NCBI RefSeq assembly: GCF_001194135.2
Contig: NC_068983.1
Location: 152,512,770 to 152,546,982 of the forward strand
Source of the DNA: Octopus bimaculoides
Lineage: Eukaryota
DNA: 34,213 nucleotides
Reading direction: 5' to 3'
Below, in pieces: positions 11,803-26,759 of this stretch. The notes under the pieces were generated by a model, which was not told the origin of the DNA, made no database searches, and worked only from the letters and a program-made list of their open reading frames with translations. A program made the position numbers and the translations under genes. How positions within the stretch are numbered: the stretch's first letter is position 1; every line of letters starts with the position of its first letter.

Positions 11803-12125
11803 TTACCACCACCACTACCACCACCACCACCATCGCTATCGCTCCTACAACTACTACCACACATACCAAAACTAGCATCACCACTACGAGTACGACCACC
11901 AGTACTGCCATCACTAGGACCACAACTACCACCACCACTATTACCTCTACTACCAACATCGCATTCAGCACCATCACTACGACGCCTTGCAACACTAACG
12001 CCGCCACCACCAATATTATGACCACCACCACCACCAGTTCGGAACCACCTTCAGCATCACCGGCACTGCAATAAAAACAACACCACCACGATACCGCTAG
12101 CACTGCTAGCATCATGACACCACCA
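11803..12125. repeat. Degenerate (ACC/ACT)n triplet low-complexity tract
   Basis: Directly visible. It reads Thr-rich on plus and Val-rich on minus. Confidence 0.85.
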
Positions 12126-12223
12126 TTAACAAAAAACTCTGTCATTCCGGAAAAAAAAAAGGCTATGAGGAGAAAGAAAGACAAATGTATCTTTGGGCCA
12201 AATTTGATAAACTCCACAAAAAC

Positions 12224-14410
<2,187 letters not shown>

Positions 14411-14994
14411 GTATCTAATATTTGTTTGTGTCGATGTCAAAACGCGTTAAAAATGTTAATATAGCAATATTTGTTGATGTATGTATGTATTGATATGTGA
14501 ATGTATGAAAATGTTTCTTTGAATGTGTAATTTTGGTCGCCATTTTTCAAAGTGTTTAATGTATATGTCGACTTTGTTCTTCGTTTTTCTAGTATGCGTT
14601 TATGTTACTTCTACGTAGATATTCACCTGTATACGTTATGTATTACGCACTGAAACTGTGTGTATTTGTGTCTGAGAATATGTGCAAGAGTGTGTACGAG
14701 TTTTTGTAGTTATGCTTAAATACAAATGAGTATATGTAAGGAAGTGGACGAAGGCGAAGTGAATGTGGCGTGAAAAGCTATGTGATTGGTTGAAAATAAA
14801 TTAAACAAATAAAAAAACAAAGAAAGATAATAGTCGAAATAAATTAGAACTGGTAAATTTAGAAGATAGATGACATATGAACATTTGAATTTATGGCTAA
14901 ATATATAGTACATAAATACATTACATATGTATATCATATATATGTATGTATGTATGTATATATATGTATACACACACACACACACACACACACA

Positions 14995-15079
14995 NNNNNN
15001 NNNNNNNNNNNNNNNNNNNNNNNNNNNNNNNNNNNNNNNNNNNNNNNNNNNNNNNNNNNNNNNNNNNNNNNNNNNNNNN
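14995..15079. other. Assembly gap between (CA)n and (TA)n tracts
   Basis: Ns. Confidence 1.
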
Positions 15080-15295
15080 ATATATAATATTATATATATA
15101 TGTGTGTGTATGTATGTATGTATATACATATATGTGTGTGTGTTTGTGTGTGTTTGTGAGTGTGTGACTTTATATATGTCTCTGTATATGGGCATGAGTG
15201 CATCAGTGTGTGTATAAATGAAAACACAATTCGAGGCGTAAACATATACATTCTCTCACTATATATCTCTCTCTCTTTATATATATATATATATT

Positions 15296-15396
<101 letters not shown>

Positions 15397-15789
15397 CACA
15401 CATACACACACACATGTACATATCTATTCATCGGTTTAGCTGTTTACATCCATATAAGTATACATAAATATATACATATGAATACATCACAGGGGCACTA
15501 TGTTTCTGCAAAATAACCATGAGCTTCATCAACTGAAATTAAATGAACGTCGCCTTGTATATTCCCTGATTGAAAATAGTTATAAGAATATAGTCACAAC
15601 ATATCAAGAGGAGGTGAAAGTTCATAAGACTTGAGATCGTCAATAATTAACCGAACAACTCTACAAAGCCCAGCAACAAATACAATTCCGCAGGTACTAA
15701 GACCTATCGATATATTAGTTTTTAAAGCACATCAAGATATCCATTTCGATGTAGAAACGTATGAAAATGCTTGATAAATTATTCTCTTA

Positions 15790-16150
15790 TCTTTTACTTC
15801 TTTTAATCATTTGATTGCGGCCACGCAGGGCACCAGTTGAAGTATTTTAATCGAAAACATCAACCCCAAAACTTATGTTTTTAAACCAGGTACTTATTCT
15901 GTCCGTCTATTTTGCTGAATCGTTAAGTTACAGTTCGTAAACACAACGACACACACTCATACAAACGCGCGCTTGTGCGTATATACGGCGGGTTTCTTTT
16001 AGTTTCTGTCTACCCAATCCACTCACAAGGATTTGGTTGGCTCGAAGCTATAGTAGAAAACACTTGATCAAGATGCCATTCAATGGGACTGAACTCGGAA
16101 TCACGTAGTCGAGAAGCAAATTCTTTTTTACCACACAGTCACGCCATCCA
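15790..16150 (-). mobile_element. tRNA-derived SINE, family B, near full length, with an internal CA/TG tract
   Basis: Reverse complement head: ggcgtgactgtgtggtaa (A box), gagttcagtccc (B box), caagtgttttctactatagc, ccttgtgagtggattgggtagacagaaact; then cagaataagtacc and a tail gtggccgcaatcaaatgattaaaagaagtaaaag. Confidence 0.88.
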
Positions 16151-17924
16151 CCTTTAGTTGAATGCGTTGAATTATTTTGACAAATTGGATCAAAATTCAA
16201 GTATAGATATATCCAAATAAATGTGTTTATCATTGCCACATCGAATCTCTGCAATATGGCAGACTATAAGAAAACAGAGTCGTGAGCTTTTGAAGGAAAA
16301 TCAAGATTGAAGTTGATCTGAATTTTCCGGCAACACGTGGAAGCACTTTTTCCAAGGGACACCAGTTTGAAGAAACAGGATGTTGCAATAATATAAATAT
16401 TTATTTTCTAATATTTATACCTTGGACTGTTTTTTATATGAAGATATTCATTCAGTTAGTTATTTATAATATATCTCTCTAAAAATTAGAGTATCAAGTA
16501 CTCTTGGCTAGAGTATAGACACATACAGATACTTATATACACATAGGTGCGCGTACTCTCTCTCTCGTGCGCACACGCACACACACTAACACACACACAT
16601 ACACACGTACACACACGTGTGAGTCTCTGTAGCATGCATTGTTTTTGGCTATCTACTATCACACCAAACGGTGTATGGATGAATCCCCTTCCGATAGCAT
16701 AGCAAAGATTTTGCGCTTTGCTCTCAGGCATAGTCTTTCTATATGTTTTCCTTCCTCTCTGTCGGTTGTATCATCCATAAAATGTGTAGAGGAGGTAGTA
16801 TATTGCTTTGTCTGATTTTCATTTCTTCCTACTAGATGTTCTTTTTTTTTTACCTATAAATGAACACGTCATTTTACTGAGTGGGATAGCGAAACCAGAA
16901 GATTTGATGGTCTTTTCTTCCTTCCTTAGCATGCTTTATGGAACTCTTACAAACTTAGAGATAATCAACACAACCTCAAAATGTCGTGACGCTAACTCTC
17001 TCTAATTGGAGATAGCTACGTTCCAATTAAGTGTTAGTGCTCACGTTGTCCTTTTGGGCAACAATTCATGAGAGCCTTACACTCTGCACTGAGGGAAGAT
17101 ATTTGAACGGAATTCATCAAATGATACTTTATCTCCCACCACAGTAAGACAAAGGAAAAGTAGTATCAGGCACCCATCCTATATTTCGGTTCTTTATCTG
17201 GCTCTTACTACAACTGATTTGCCAATGCATGCAGCACGCCAGGTTTTGTATTAAATACTGTTGTTATCTCCGCTACATTTAGCTTTTGCTTTTTCCACAA
17301 ACAGCTTGAACCGTTTGACTATGGGTACGAAATACTAAATTTGATTTCAGTGTCAAATAACCGGAACTACGTAAATTCGATGTTGGGGATTATCATAATA
17401 ATGTATTGAGCACTGAATGTGTAACTGGCTTCCACGGTCTTCGTTAGGTATGTTTGAAAAACTCCATTACACTTCCTTAAATTACTCGATTATAAAAGAG
17501 TTGTAAGAAGTTCTGTAAATGGTAAAATAAGAGATATTTGACTGTTATTTCTTGTAAATCGAGCGACTGTGCAGACACTCCTTTGCCGATGTACATATTG
17601 AGTTTTTTTAATACTATTAGCATTATCACATTACCGAAGATTAGGGTCTTTGAATTCCATAGCACTTCATCCTTGGTTTAAACAGTAGTGCATTTCCTTG
17701 TTTGCAGGAATTCGTATTAAACGTATTTAGATATTTCTTTTGCTGAAATGTAAAAGAGAACTTAGAAGTGAATGGTATCAAAAGCCTTTTCCTACTGTTC
17801 ACAAAGGCATACTGTGGAAATGACGTTAACATTTCATTTTGGTTTTGAGAAAAACTGAGAAAAGAAAGGAGATAAAAATAAGAATTGATTGTGCGCATGC
17901 GTATATGTGAATTACTTAAACGTA

Positions 17925-18125
17925 CAGGAATACACACGCACATACATATATATATATATATATATACATGCGCGCACACATACAGAGGTGCATATATATA
18001 TGTGTATGTATATATACATTATATAAATGTGTATGTGTGTGAGAGAGAGATAGAGAGAGAGAAAGAGAGAGCGAATGAGAGAAAGAAAAGGTGTGTATGT
18101 CTATATGTTTATGTGTATACGTCAA
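17925..18125. repeat. Compound (CA)/(TA)/(GA) microsatellite
   Basis: Directly visible. Confidence 0.9.
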
Positions 18126-19297
18126 GGATTGTATGAGACAGACAAAGGGATTAGGTGTAGATAAGAATCTTTTACAAAATAACAGGAAAATTAATTAAGA
18201 ATAAACAAAAATGATAGAGTCGTAGATAAATTACGCTGGGATATATAACTCAATTATTTATATTCATTCAAAAGAATTTCCTTTCCGTTACTGGCTTTTA
18301 ATGCGTTGGCATAAAACAAAATTAATTAAGCAATTTTACAAACCAAGCAACGAAAGCGATAGAGATAAACGAAGAAACGAAAGAAAAGGTGATGGTTTCT
18401 TAAAGACTAGATATCCTAAGAATTCCGGTCCTCTCAGACGGGTTTGTCTTAACAGAAAAATATTAACGAATATATGGTTTTGTTGCATTTCTTGATATTT
18501 AACTGTATAGCAACATAAAGATGAGGACATTTCAAAAGTTGGAGAAAGTGTGGTTACCTAGTGAAATGAAAAAAATACGTAGAATATTCAAGTGCACGAA
18601 AAATAAAATATAATAAAAAGCATATTGTATATTTCCATATATTGGTGCAGAATATCTTGGCATACTTTTTTTGTTTTTGAGCTTCTCAAGAAATTTTTGG
18701 AACATGTCAAGATCAATTTATTTCTGTCGTATTTTTTTTCTCAGCAAATTTGTCACATAAATAAAACTTGTATCGTGTTTGTAAATAAAGTTTAAGAAAT
18801 ATTATTTCTTCTGAGAGATTGTATAGGAATATATGTTTGCGGTTCGTACTTGACGCAACACTTCAGGCACTGGCCAATGGTTAAATTGCTTTCTTTGTAA
18901 TTATAAAGTTCCAGGCTCGGTTCAACCGCTCTATTTCGTGGACAATTATCTGTTGTACGCTCAGAACTACCTATGGCTTGGAAATGAAATAAGGCAGCCT
19001 TTCGGATGATCAATTCTTCTAAATTAAAGGAACAGTTTCCTAACACGCTGTATCATGCTGGTTCTGTCTGAAAAGTCGTGTACAAGTGTCTGAGGTGTAC
19101 TCAAACAACTCAAACTATAATTGAATGTGATGACAGTTCAGTTGATTTAAGAACTAGAATACTGTGTATCGAAACCAATATAGGACCCGGTTACTTATAT
19201 CACATGCACTCTGTAAACTTATTTATTTTACATTTGGTTTAATATCAGTATAATACTTTATTGGACTGAAGTTCAGAAGATTGGTAGACTCTTAAGT

Positions 19298-19510
19298 CAG
19301 AGGATTGGTGGACTCTTAAAGCGTCGGATAAAGTGCCTTGTCCTAATTACTTTGATTCTACGTACTGAGTTCAAATCCAGCCGAGATCCACTTTGTTTTT
19401 CCTCTCTCTGGAATAGATAGAATAGTGTACCAATCAAGTAACGGGGGCCCATAAATTTACTAAAACCATCCTCATAAACGTTTGGTTTCATGTCTGTCTC
19501 AAAAAGACAT
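19298..19510 (+). mobile_element. Degenerate family A SINE with a duplicated 5' end
   Basis: ggattggtggactcttaaagcgtcggataaagtgc head, B-box gagttcaaatcc, then ccgagatccactttg ... gatagaatagtgtaccaatcaagtaacggggg. Confidence 0.7.
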
Positions 19511-19595
19511 ATTTGCAGAGAAACAATTCTCCGAAATTTCCTATTTTTATTTGCTCCAATGAAGTTTCAAGGCTGTAACGGTTTGACACCCAGGA

Positions 19596-19790
19596 CACGC
19601 GCGCGAGCGCGCACACACACACACTCTCGGACACACACACTCGCACACACATATACACACACACACACACACATACACATACACACACAGAAACTCTCTC
19701 TCTTTGTCTCTTTTTCTCTCTCTCACTCTCTCTCTTTCTCTCTTTCCCTCCTCCCTCTCTCTCTCCTTCTCTCTCTCTCTCCCTCACGCA
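19596..19790. repeat. (CG)/(CA)n followed by (CT)n microsatellite
   Basis: Directly visible. Confidence 0.92.
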
Positions 19791-20102
19791 CACATCTAAT
19801 TGCTGATCCATAATCTTGTAGTTCTTGAAAACGAGATCATCCTTGAAGTTATTCAATCAGCAAGAAACGTCATATACATTGTCTATAAGGGAAATCTCTT
19901 CCGCAAAGACAAAATACATTTCACATTTGGATAACGCAAAAATGTCAGAAATAGTTCTACACAGCTATATTTCAATCCTCTTTGTTAAGTGTGCCTCTAA
20001 TTCTCGTTTGACAAAGCTTTACACGCACCAGAAATATTACTATTTATTTTGTACACAAAATAACTCTTAGTGGGCTCGGTACAATGGATTTTCGCTTTCT
20101 TC

Positions 20103-20135
20103 CTGATGAAGCATAATGATGCAGAAACACGTGTC
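20103..20135 (+). ncRNA. Hammerhead-like motif lacking stem I pairing
   Basis: CTGATGA-a-gcat aatg atgc-a-GAAA-c acgt g-TC. The core and palindromic stem III loop are present, but the flanks do not pair. Confidence 0.4.
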
Positions 20136-20365
20136 TTACTGTCTGATGATGTCATTCATATCCCAGTGGTGTACTTTTACATACAGTGCCTATGAGGATA
20201 ATTCAATTTCTGAAGTTAAATACTCAGCAAAGGTTTTTCCGCACATGAGTATATCTTAAGAAGTTACATCAGTCTGTCTGACTGTACGTTTATCCATTTA
20301 TTCATTCATCCCTCCATCTCTCCCTGCTCCCGTCTTCACTCCCTTCCTGCCTCACTTCCTCCTTC

Positions 20366-20366
<1 letters not shown>

Positions 20367-20441
<75 letters not shown>
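20367..20441. repeat. (TATC)n microsatellite
   Basis: Directly visible. Confidence 0.97.
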
Positions 20442-20917
20442 ATAACGTGTATGTATGTATCTATTTATATAACGTGTGTGTATGTGTATGCCTGTATGTA
20501 TATAGGACATATTAGGTCTCGAATAAAACATGATGATCATAGCAGGAATGGTTTTTGTCAAAAGTCAGCTCCATCAGAGGTCGTGTGGGACTAAACAACA
20601 ACTAAACACAACAACGCGTAGAAAATAATCAACAAAACGTCAGTGGGCATAACTTCACTTAACTATTCTTCATCATCTTGTAGTTTATGTTTCACATGCT
20701 CTGTAGCAAAATTTGTTCTTTTTTCTTTTTCAGAAATCGTTTTTTAAATGCTATGGTAATTATCCCTCTGTTTGATTTGTGTTATGAATTTGTGTTTGAG
20801 TTATTTTTCATTAAAGATAATGATAATAAAAATATAGTAATAAATGATATGGTTAGAAAATTAATTAGCAGTCTTACATTGTAAGTTAGAAATGCTGAAA
20901 ATGTATATTTGAAATAA

Positions 20918-20924
20918 TACACAG

Positions 20925-20962
<38 letters not shown>

Positions 20963-21087
20963 ACATACACACACATAGACACACACACACATACACACAC
21001 AGACGCAGACACACAGTCACATATATATAAATATATGTATATATATATATGTATATATATGTATGTATGTGTGTATATATATGTGTA

Positions 21088-21166
<79 letters not shown>

Positions 21167-21195
21167 ACACACACATACATATATACATATATACA
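20918..21195. repeat. (CA)n followed by a long (TA)n microsatellite
   Basis: Directly visible; (TA)n about 21082-21164. Confidence 0.97.
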
Positions 21196-22189
21196 TACGA
21201 ATTCAAAGACAGCAAATCATACCAACTAATATAATCCTCATACCACGTAGAAAAGTTCGTTGCACTCTAATACTGACGATCAACACATTTAGATGATGTT
21301 GTCGCACAACTTCGTCATACATCACAAAACACTACACGATCACAAAATTGTTCTGTAAGTAATTATTTCCGAAATCGTCGCCTTTTCGTGTCAGAACTGC
21401 TTATGAGGTTTTGTGATCTCTAGAACTGTGTCGTCTGGAGATTTACACTCCTTTTAAGATTATCCATTCGAAAGAGGTCTTAAGTTAAAAGACTCTAGCA
21501 AGCACGACTTAACTTCACACCTCAGAACCCATGAATCAAGCAAGCTGTAACATACTGCGATAGTCAGGGGAGTTTGTTATCAATGCGACAGCAGATAATC
21601 ATATACTTGTTGCTCGGCAGGCAATTCGCTAAATTGTTTTAGTTAGTTTTTCGTTTGCTTCGATCTCATTTTACTTCTGAAGCTATTTTGTTTCATCCTA
21701 ACCATATAATGCACCAGAAAAGTTGATCAAAGTCACAATATCCCGTATCCCTAGACACCAACAAAAAGCATTGGTCTTATATTGTTAAGAATGAATATGA
21801 ATTATTTTGTTAATAACACAAACTAGACAAAATGTTTACTACATAATCAACTGTGTATAGTATACAGTGGACATAATTTATACACTTTTAATCCATTGAT
21901 ATTCTATGGACACTAATCTTCATTTCTTGCAAAACACTAATGTCTTAATAAATTATACATCTCTGTCTCTCAGTCTTTTGGTGTGTCTGTCCGTTTGTCT
22001 ATTTTGGCTCTCTATCACTCAATAATAATATTGATAACAAAAGAATGAACGAGAACACAATATTACGTAAAAGAGAGGAATTTATTACATATTATATATA
22101 TGTATATGCATTTATATATATATATATAAACTTACATATATGTGTGCGTGTGTATGTACATGCACCCCGCCATATATATGGTGAGGCAA

Positions 22190-24430
22190 TATGCAGCTTT
22201 TGTAAGCATGGTCCAGAAAATAGTGCAGCAACTAACGTGGGTACAAAAAATACAGATTCAAAGTCATACAAACCGATACCCGAGACCACTATAGATATCA
22301 CCTGCACAGATATCACACCATACTGAATATCGGAGGCCTATTGCGAATGGGTAGCAGAGACAAATTTCTCTACCTGAAAGACCTTGCTGCATGCGATCCA
22401 GCAATATGCATGGCACTTACAGAAACGCATCTAACATTTAATATAGCAGATGTGGAAATACACATACCAGAGTATGCCGTACTTCGAACAGACAGAAGAG
22501 ATAGAAGACATGGAGGATTTACCATGTACACCTGTGAATATGTCACACCCCTAGTACTGTTGTGACATTCAAGTGTCTGTGTCACTTTAATATTACACAT
22601 AAAACAAATTTATGTAGTTGTATGCACAGCATACCGTCCACCAAAAACCTCAAAGCATGAAGGTAAATTTGAGGACAGCCTCAGACACATAGAAGTGGTT
22701 TTGACAAATCTGGACCAACACATCAATATACTCCTCCTGGATGACTTCACCCTCCTAAATGTTAAATGGCCTGAAGGCCACATCCTCTCTGGGATGTCAC
22801 TGCATGAACAAAACTAAGCAAAATCATTGCTGGAACTTTCTAGCATGCTGTTCATGGAAGAAGTAATACTCCAACCAACCAGGGGAGTAACTTGGATCTC
22901 TGCTTCACAAACAATGTGAACATTATCCATAATGTGAAGGTAACACAAACAACTATTTTGGATCATGACATTATTGAGTTAACAATGTATGGTCCTAAGC
23001 AAACTGATGACATCCACTCTATCAGTAGGAATCAAGCCATATCCAAACTATATTTCCACAAAGCAAACTGGAAATCAATCCACAAAGAGCTCCACAATCA
23101 AAACAGCCTGTCTATACAAGACAATGATCTAAAAGTATGTCACTTTATGTCGAATGTGCAAGCTATATGCACCAAATATTTGCCAGAAAGAAAGGCCAGC
23201 GTACATATAAATAGAATCTCTAGAGAGAGACAGGAAAATCCTTATGAGACGCAGATCAATGGTCTCCAACCTGTTTAATAGAGAACTGAAAGATAGTAAA
23301 CAGGCTGTGATATATCTTGACTTTGTAAAAGTCTTTGACAAAGTCGATCATAGCGTGATATGTTACAAGTTGTGAAACCTTGGTATAGCTGGTAAACTAG
23401 GAGAGTGCTGCATGACATCCCAGCGATAGAAGTCAGACAGTTGCAGCTAATGGTGCACTCTCTAGAGAAACAAACATTTTGAGCGTTGTCCTTCAGAGAA
23501 CTGTCTTAGGATCATTACTTTTTATAGTAGCCCTCTTAGACATGCCCACAGTTACTCAGATAGCCACTATCACTAGCTACGCCGATGATACAAAATTATC
23601 ACATGCAGTAAAGATTCGTAATGTTGTAAACCTGCAGAATGACCTAAATGCAATATACAACTGGGCAGAGCAAAGCGGTGTGCAATTTAATGCTAAAACA
23701 TTTCAAGCACTGCACTATAAGATCACAAATTCTCTACAACCGGCATTTACAGGACTCGGAGGTACTGCAATCCCAGAGTCACAAACAGTGTGAGACCTGG
23801 GCATCAATATGTGTAATGATGCATTATTTCACATGCAGATTACCAAGTTGGCAGCAAAGTGCAAACAAGAGACCAAGAAGTCTATGGAAGACCTTTGTTT
23901 TCAGCCGCCCAGACTACTGCTCTCAGCTGTGGTCACCACACAGTGTCAAGCTAACAACGGAGCTTGAAGCAATTCAGCATTACTACATTAAAAAACAAAA
24001 ATGCTACAATCCAGCAGATGAACTACAAGGAGAGGCTGAAAGAATTACGACTCTACTCCCTAGAGCGCAGATGTGAGAGATATGTAATAATTTACATATA
24101 GAAAATACTGGAAGGGCTAGTACCTCATTTTAGCATCAAGTGTTATATGAATGTTCGTACTGGATGCCATTGCATAGAACCGAAGGTACCGTCCAATGCA
24201 TCTAATATAAGCACCAGGTACTGCAAAAGTCTTGGGTTCAGAGGAGCACCCTTCTCACTGCTCTGCCAAAACAAGTGAGAAACTTACACGATGTAGATGT
24301 GGAAGTCTTCAAAAAGGAACTGAACTCTCTCCTATCCACAATACGAGACGAACCGATGGGTCGACATGAGGCACAGTTGAGGACGGCAGTGTCAAATTCT
24401 CTCATATACTAGACGGGCCATTGATGGGAT
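22190..24430 (+). mobile_element. CR1-clade LINE, internally deleted and pseudogenised (ORF1 end, APE endonuclease, RT, C-terminus)
   Basis: APE: ALTETHL, VLRTDR...HGG, TAYRPP, LDLCFTNN, DHDII. RT: YLDFVKVFDKVDH, QRTVLGSLLF, YADD at 23578-23589, DLNAIYNWAE. Downstream: DYCSQLWSP, LYSLERR.ERY and LP..VRN...FKKEL. Multiple stops and frameshifts. Confidence 0.92.
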
Positions 24431-24469
24431 CGCATCTATCTGAAGACATGAACCACGGAATGATATATG

Positions 24470-24660
24470 TATAGGGAGAATTCACAAAAAAAAACAACAA
24501 AAGACGAAGACAGGTGGTGTAGACAAAAACAGATGTATTAGTTTAACGCTCGGGAAGTGTAAAAGTTTTTAACGTTTCGAGCCTACGCTCGTCCACAGAA
24601 AGGAACACAGAAGGAAATGGGGAGAGAAAACAAAGAAGGTGTAGTGGCTAGCGAATGCCG
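24470..24660 (-). mobile_element. Short Penelope-LTR-like repeat carrying a hammerhead-like motif (24566-24602)
   Basis: Minus strand: ccttt-CTGTGGA-c-GAGC gtag GCTC-GAAA-cg-TT-aaaaac, with a perfect stem II, palindromic AACGTT and a mutated core. Confidence 0.55.
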
Positions 24661-25580
24661 GATTGAATAAAACGAATGGTTTACACCTGATACTTATTCA
24701 ACAAATTGAATTAGAAATAAATTTGAGATAACAACGAAATAGTAGTATTCTCTCACTAATATTTCATTCTGCAGTGTGGTGGTGTAAGAGTTTTTTCCCC
24801 TTGCTACTCCCATTTTGATCAGCACTGAGATATAACCTCAATCTACCTAACACAAAAATAATACAGATATAACCAGTAAGGAAATATACGTAAATAGGCC
24901 CTTTTGATTGCAGAAAAATAGATTTCTTTAGAAATTGAATTAACCAATGACACTATGTTTGTTAGCTTCTGGAAGTACTATTGAAGTATATATGCCAAAA
25001 GATATATAACTGTTAGACTGAAACTATAAGACGTAATCATTTTGGAAATTAAATAATTCATTGAACAAATAAATAGTTTTAATATCATCTCAGATTTCGT
25101 TTTTTCTAAAGAAGTTTTCAACCAGCTATCATATATTAGTTATGCTGTTACTTATTTTCTGAACACTTCCATTTAATAGATGTGAGATAAAGACGAAAGA
25201 ATGAAAAAAATAAGTAGCATAAACAATATAACGATTTCTTTAGAATACTGAGTTGGCAGAAACATTAGATCACTGAAATAAATTATCTATAGTATTTAGT
25301 TTCACTCCTTATACTGAATAAATTTTCTTTTGATCTTTTTACACTGGATGAAATAAGTACCAGTCATAAACTGTTATTGATCGGTTCAATGATATGCAAT
25401 CTTCGGTTGACCAAAGTAATCCATATACTCAGTCGTTGATTACACAGATCTCTTACATAGACTGAATAAAAACTTGGTGACAGTCATTGATTTCATAAAC
25501 TACAGAGAAGTGTGACTTAAGAAACGGCTTAGGATCAAATGGAACTCATACGCACGGTTACAACAGGGGGTTTACGTATA

Positions 25581-26200
25581 CTAGGGGGTACCCAAAAGAA
25601 AGTGGAGTTTTGCAATATTATTTTATTCACATAGTTTCACATGTTTACACTTTTATCACCGTCAAACTATTTTCAATTTTAAGCAATTCCTTGTCCCAGA
25701 CCCGTTTTCTACTGTTCGAGGCAATCCTGGAACTCATGCACAGTAATGCCTTTTAACGCCTCAGTCGATTTTTCTTCCTTCACCTGTTCAACATCTGCAA
25801 AATGTTTTCCTTTAAGGACGTTTTTCATTTGGGGGAGCAAAATCAGTTAAATAGGAAGGGTGAGTAAGCGGAGACATGCCATTTTTTGTCAAAAACTGTT
25901 TCACACTCAAGGTGGTCTGCGCAGGCGCATTGACGTAATGAAGCCACCACTCTATATTTTGCCACTGATCGGGATGTTTTCACTGCGTGTCGCAAACGCT
26001 TTTCAGTTTTCACCGCTTTTCACCGCTTTTCATCGCGTCTCACTGCGTCTTGCAAACGCTTCAGACTGCTAAATAAAATGGCTGGTTAAGAGTTTGATCA
26101 GGAGGAACGGATTCTATGTGGACAATTCCTTTCGCATCGATGAAGCAAATCAGCATCGTCTTGACATTGGACTTCACTTGACGCACTTGTTGTTAAAATA
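25581..26200 (-). mobile_element. Mariner (DD34D-type) transposon remnant: C-terminal half of the transposase, one terminal inverted repeat and a TA target
   Basis: Minus strand: RQVKSNVKTMLICFIDAKGIVHIESVPPDQTLNQPFYL...WWLHYVNAPA...KQFLTKNG...HPSYLTDFAP/PQMKNVLKGKHFADVEQVK...FQDCLEQ...FDGD. The end reads TA|ctagggggtacccaaaag at 25579-25598. The third catalytic Asp motif is deleted and the other terminal repeat was not found. Confidence 0.9.
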
Positions 26201-26759
26201 ATTTATGGACACTCCAGTTACGCCGGGAAAAGAAAGTGAATGACAGAGGCTGAATGAAGGGGAATTTAGTTTATCAATTTCAATCACGCATACACACCTA
26301 TATAAAAAAATAAATATATGAAATTAAATAATAAATTAATTTATTTTCAAAATATTTCCTTTTCTAAGAATAACATATTTTACCGATTCCATCGATCTAC
26401 CAAATGTATACAAGCATGCACGCATTCACAGCACATTCACACACTAACACACACATACACACATATGTATATGTATGCACATGCATACTTATATAAATTT
26501 GTATACGTAGGTATGAGTGTGCTATGATAGATGAAGCAATTTGTGAGGTGAAATTTCGTGATATCTATACCGGACAGATAAACTTAGTAGATAGATGAAA
26601 TAAAGCCACATGATTTAATTTAGAAACAATACAAGATGAATAAAATATTAGGGGATCTATATATGATATTTTAGATATTTTAATTTAGAACATTAAATAT
26701 GATGCGTAGAAGACAACATAATACTTTTCAACCCTATGATGCCCATCGCTCCATAAGTC

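Noticed and set aside
16620-17300. Possible RTE-type APE remnant on the minus strand (EGKHIERLC)
   Set aside because: Similarity is too sparse to support without an alignment.
18790-19150. KVVYKCLRC as a Penelope GIY-YIG start
   Set aside because: The following YIG and R...EH motifs are absent, so it remains unclassified.
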